In this document: positions 60,851 to 62,000 of the stretch, piece by piece
How the letters are laid out: each line of letters starts with the position of its first letter
Position numbering within the stretch: position 1 is the stretch's first letter
Source: Vicugna vicugna
Lineage: Eukaryota
NCBI GenBank assembly: GCA_013265495.1
Contig: MU058636.1
Span: forward strand, 9,893,066-9,955,065
Length of the DNA: 62,000 nucleotides
Direction: 5' to 3'
Made by a program: the position numbers and the translations under genes
Notes under the pieces: generated by a model
What the model saw: only the letters and a program-made list of their open reading frames with translations
The model's database searches: none
Told to the model about the DNA's origin: nothing

Positions 60851-62000
60851 GTCCCAAGAAACATCCCTTAAGGAGTCATTCTCCAACTTTGCCATTCCAG
60901 GTAAACATGGTCTAGTCACGCTGAAATTTCCTGTTCTTGGTAATTACAATTAATTAGCAGAAATCAATGGCATAAAAAATTAATCGTAGTGCAATAAGGA
61001 TTATAAAAGCTAGCCAGATGGTGATGAGATGAACGAAGAGGAGAAACTCCTTTTTCATTTCCGAAGCCCTGTTTCAAGTGTTTGCAGGCTTCTGGAACTT
61101 GGGTGCTTACCAGCAAGTCATTAGCCGTTTCTGCACGCAGGGCCCAGCCTTAGGCTCGGCCTGGCTTTGAAAGACTCCAGGCTGGTCTGAAGTTGCACTT
61201 GGAGCCTGGTCAGAGAGACGCTGTTGATGGCAGTGAGATCTACCTCTTTCTGTGTTTGAAGACAAACAGCCCCCTGACAAATGGGAAGGAGGAAGGCTTC
61301 CCAACCCAGACGGAGCAAGGCGGGGCCAGGGTGTCTGTCCTGTCTGCTGTGACGCTAAGAAGGAGGACATTTTAGGGGAAAAAAAGAAAGAAAGGAAACA
61401 AAATGTGCTGAAGCCTCCTGAGGTCTGTGCCTCGCCCCAGCTGGGCAGTAGGAGACTTTCATTAAGCTATCCCTTCTGTGTCTGCATGTCTTAGGAGTGA
61501 CGTTTCAACTCGGAAACTTTGGGTTAGAATGTACTTTGTAAGCAGATCTGGGTTTTTGAAATCCTGGTGGAGTCTGGTCTCTGTCCTGCCTGTGTTTATA
61601 CCTACATCCTCATTGTCCTCCCTTCTCTAATTATTTGATGTGGATTCAGGTCAATGGCTCATTATCGAATTATTTTAAAACCTGACAATAATTTCAGAGT
61701 AAAAAGGGAAACTTCGAGGTTCCCTGAAGTTCACTTGTATGAAGAATGACACATTTTGTCCTCCAACCTATGGTTATTTGTAATTTGGGTTTACAAATTG
61801 GATTTATTTATTCTGGCCTCTCGTGCCAGCGTGCTGGCCCCCTTGGGAACAGGAGAGGGGCCTTCGATCACCAGTGGAGACCTGACCCGCACCTACATCT
61901 TCACCAAGGGTCTGGCCCAGACGAAACTGTAAGAAAAGGCCTAATAAAGCACGTGAGTGTTTAACTGAACTCCAACAAATGATTAACTACAATGCGAGGA

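Noticed and set aside
509..61964. All other six-frame ORFs (60-159 aa)
   Set aside because: No recognisable domains; many start at GTG/TTG, overlap on both strands or lie within repeats; lengths are as expected by chance in mammalian DNA.
1..62000. CRISPR array, operon or other prokaryotic/viral system
   Set aside because: No regularly spaced repeat-spacer array and no gene-dense region; the sequence is mammalian and dominated by TE relics.

Overview
This is mammalian nuclear DNA, most likely camelid (camel/alpaca), inferred from two Vic-1-type tRNA-derived SINEs and L1 3' ends of the cetartiodactyl/camelid type. It reads as repeat-rich intergenic or deep-intronic sequence. I recognise no host protein-coding exon, rRNA, true tRNA or CRISPR. 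The only ORF with recognisable homology (6136-6597) is the C-terminus of a truncated L1 ORF2. A large share of the window is decayed transposable elements: MIR, L2, L3/CR1, old L1M, ERVL-type LTRs (LTR16/33-like, MER21C), hAT MER5/MER94/MER102 and mariner MADE2. All were recognised by eye from recalled consensus motifs, so subfamily names and boundaries are approximate. Between the repeats lie several TE-free blocks rich in transcription-factor motifs that resemble conserved enhancers. The most notable observations are: a SINE carrying a perfect 19-bp hairpin probably made by template switching (8454-8494); a SINE+L1 fusion apparently sharing one target-site duplication (23278-24017); a textbook 81-nt intron and several well-bounded non-coding exon candidates that may indicate unannotated lncRNA(s); and a near copy of the ER6/F2-type nuclear-receptor element inside a ZEB-type palindrome (30613-30638). 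I found no sequence evidence strong enough to claim a new biological system.
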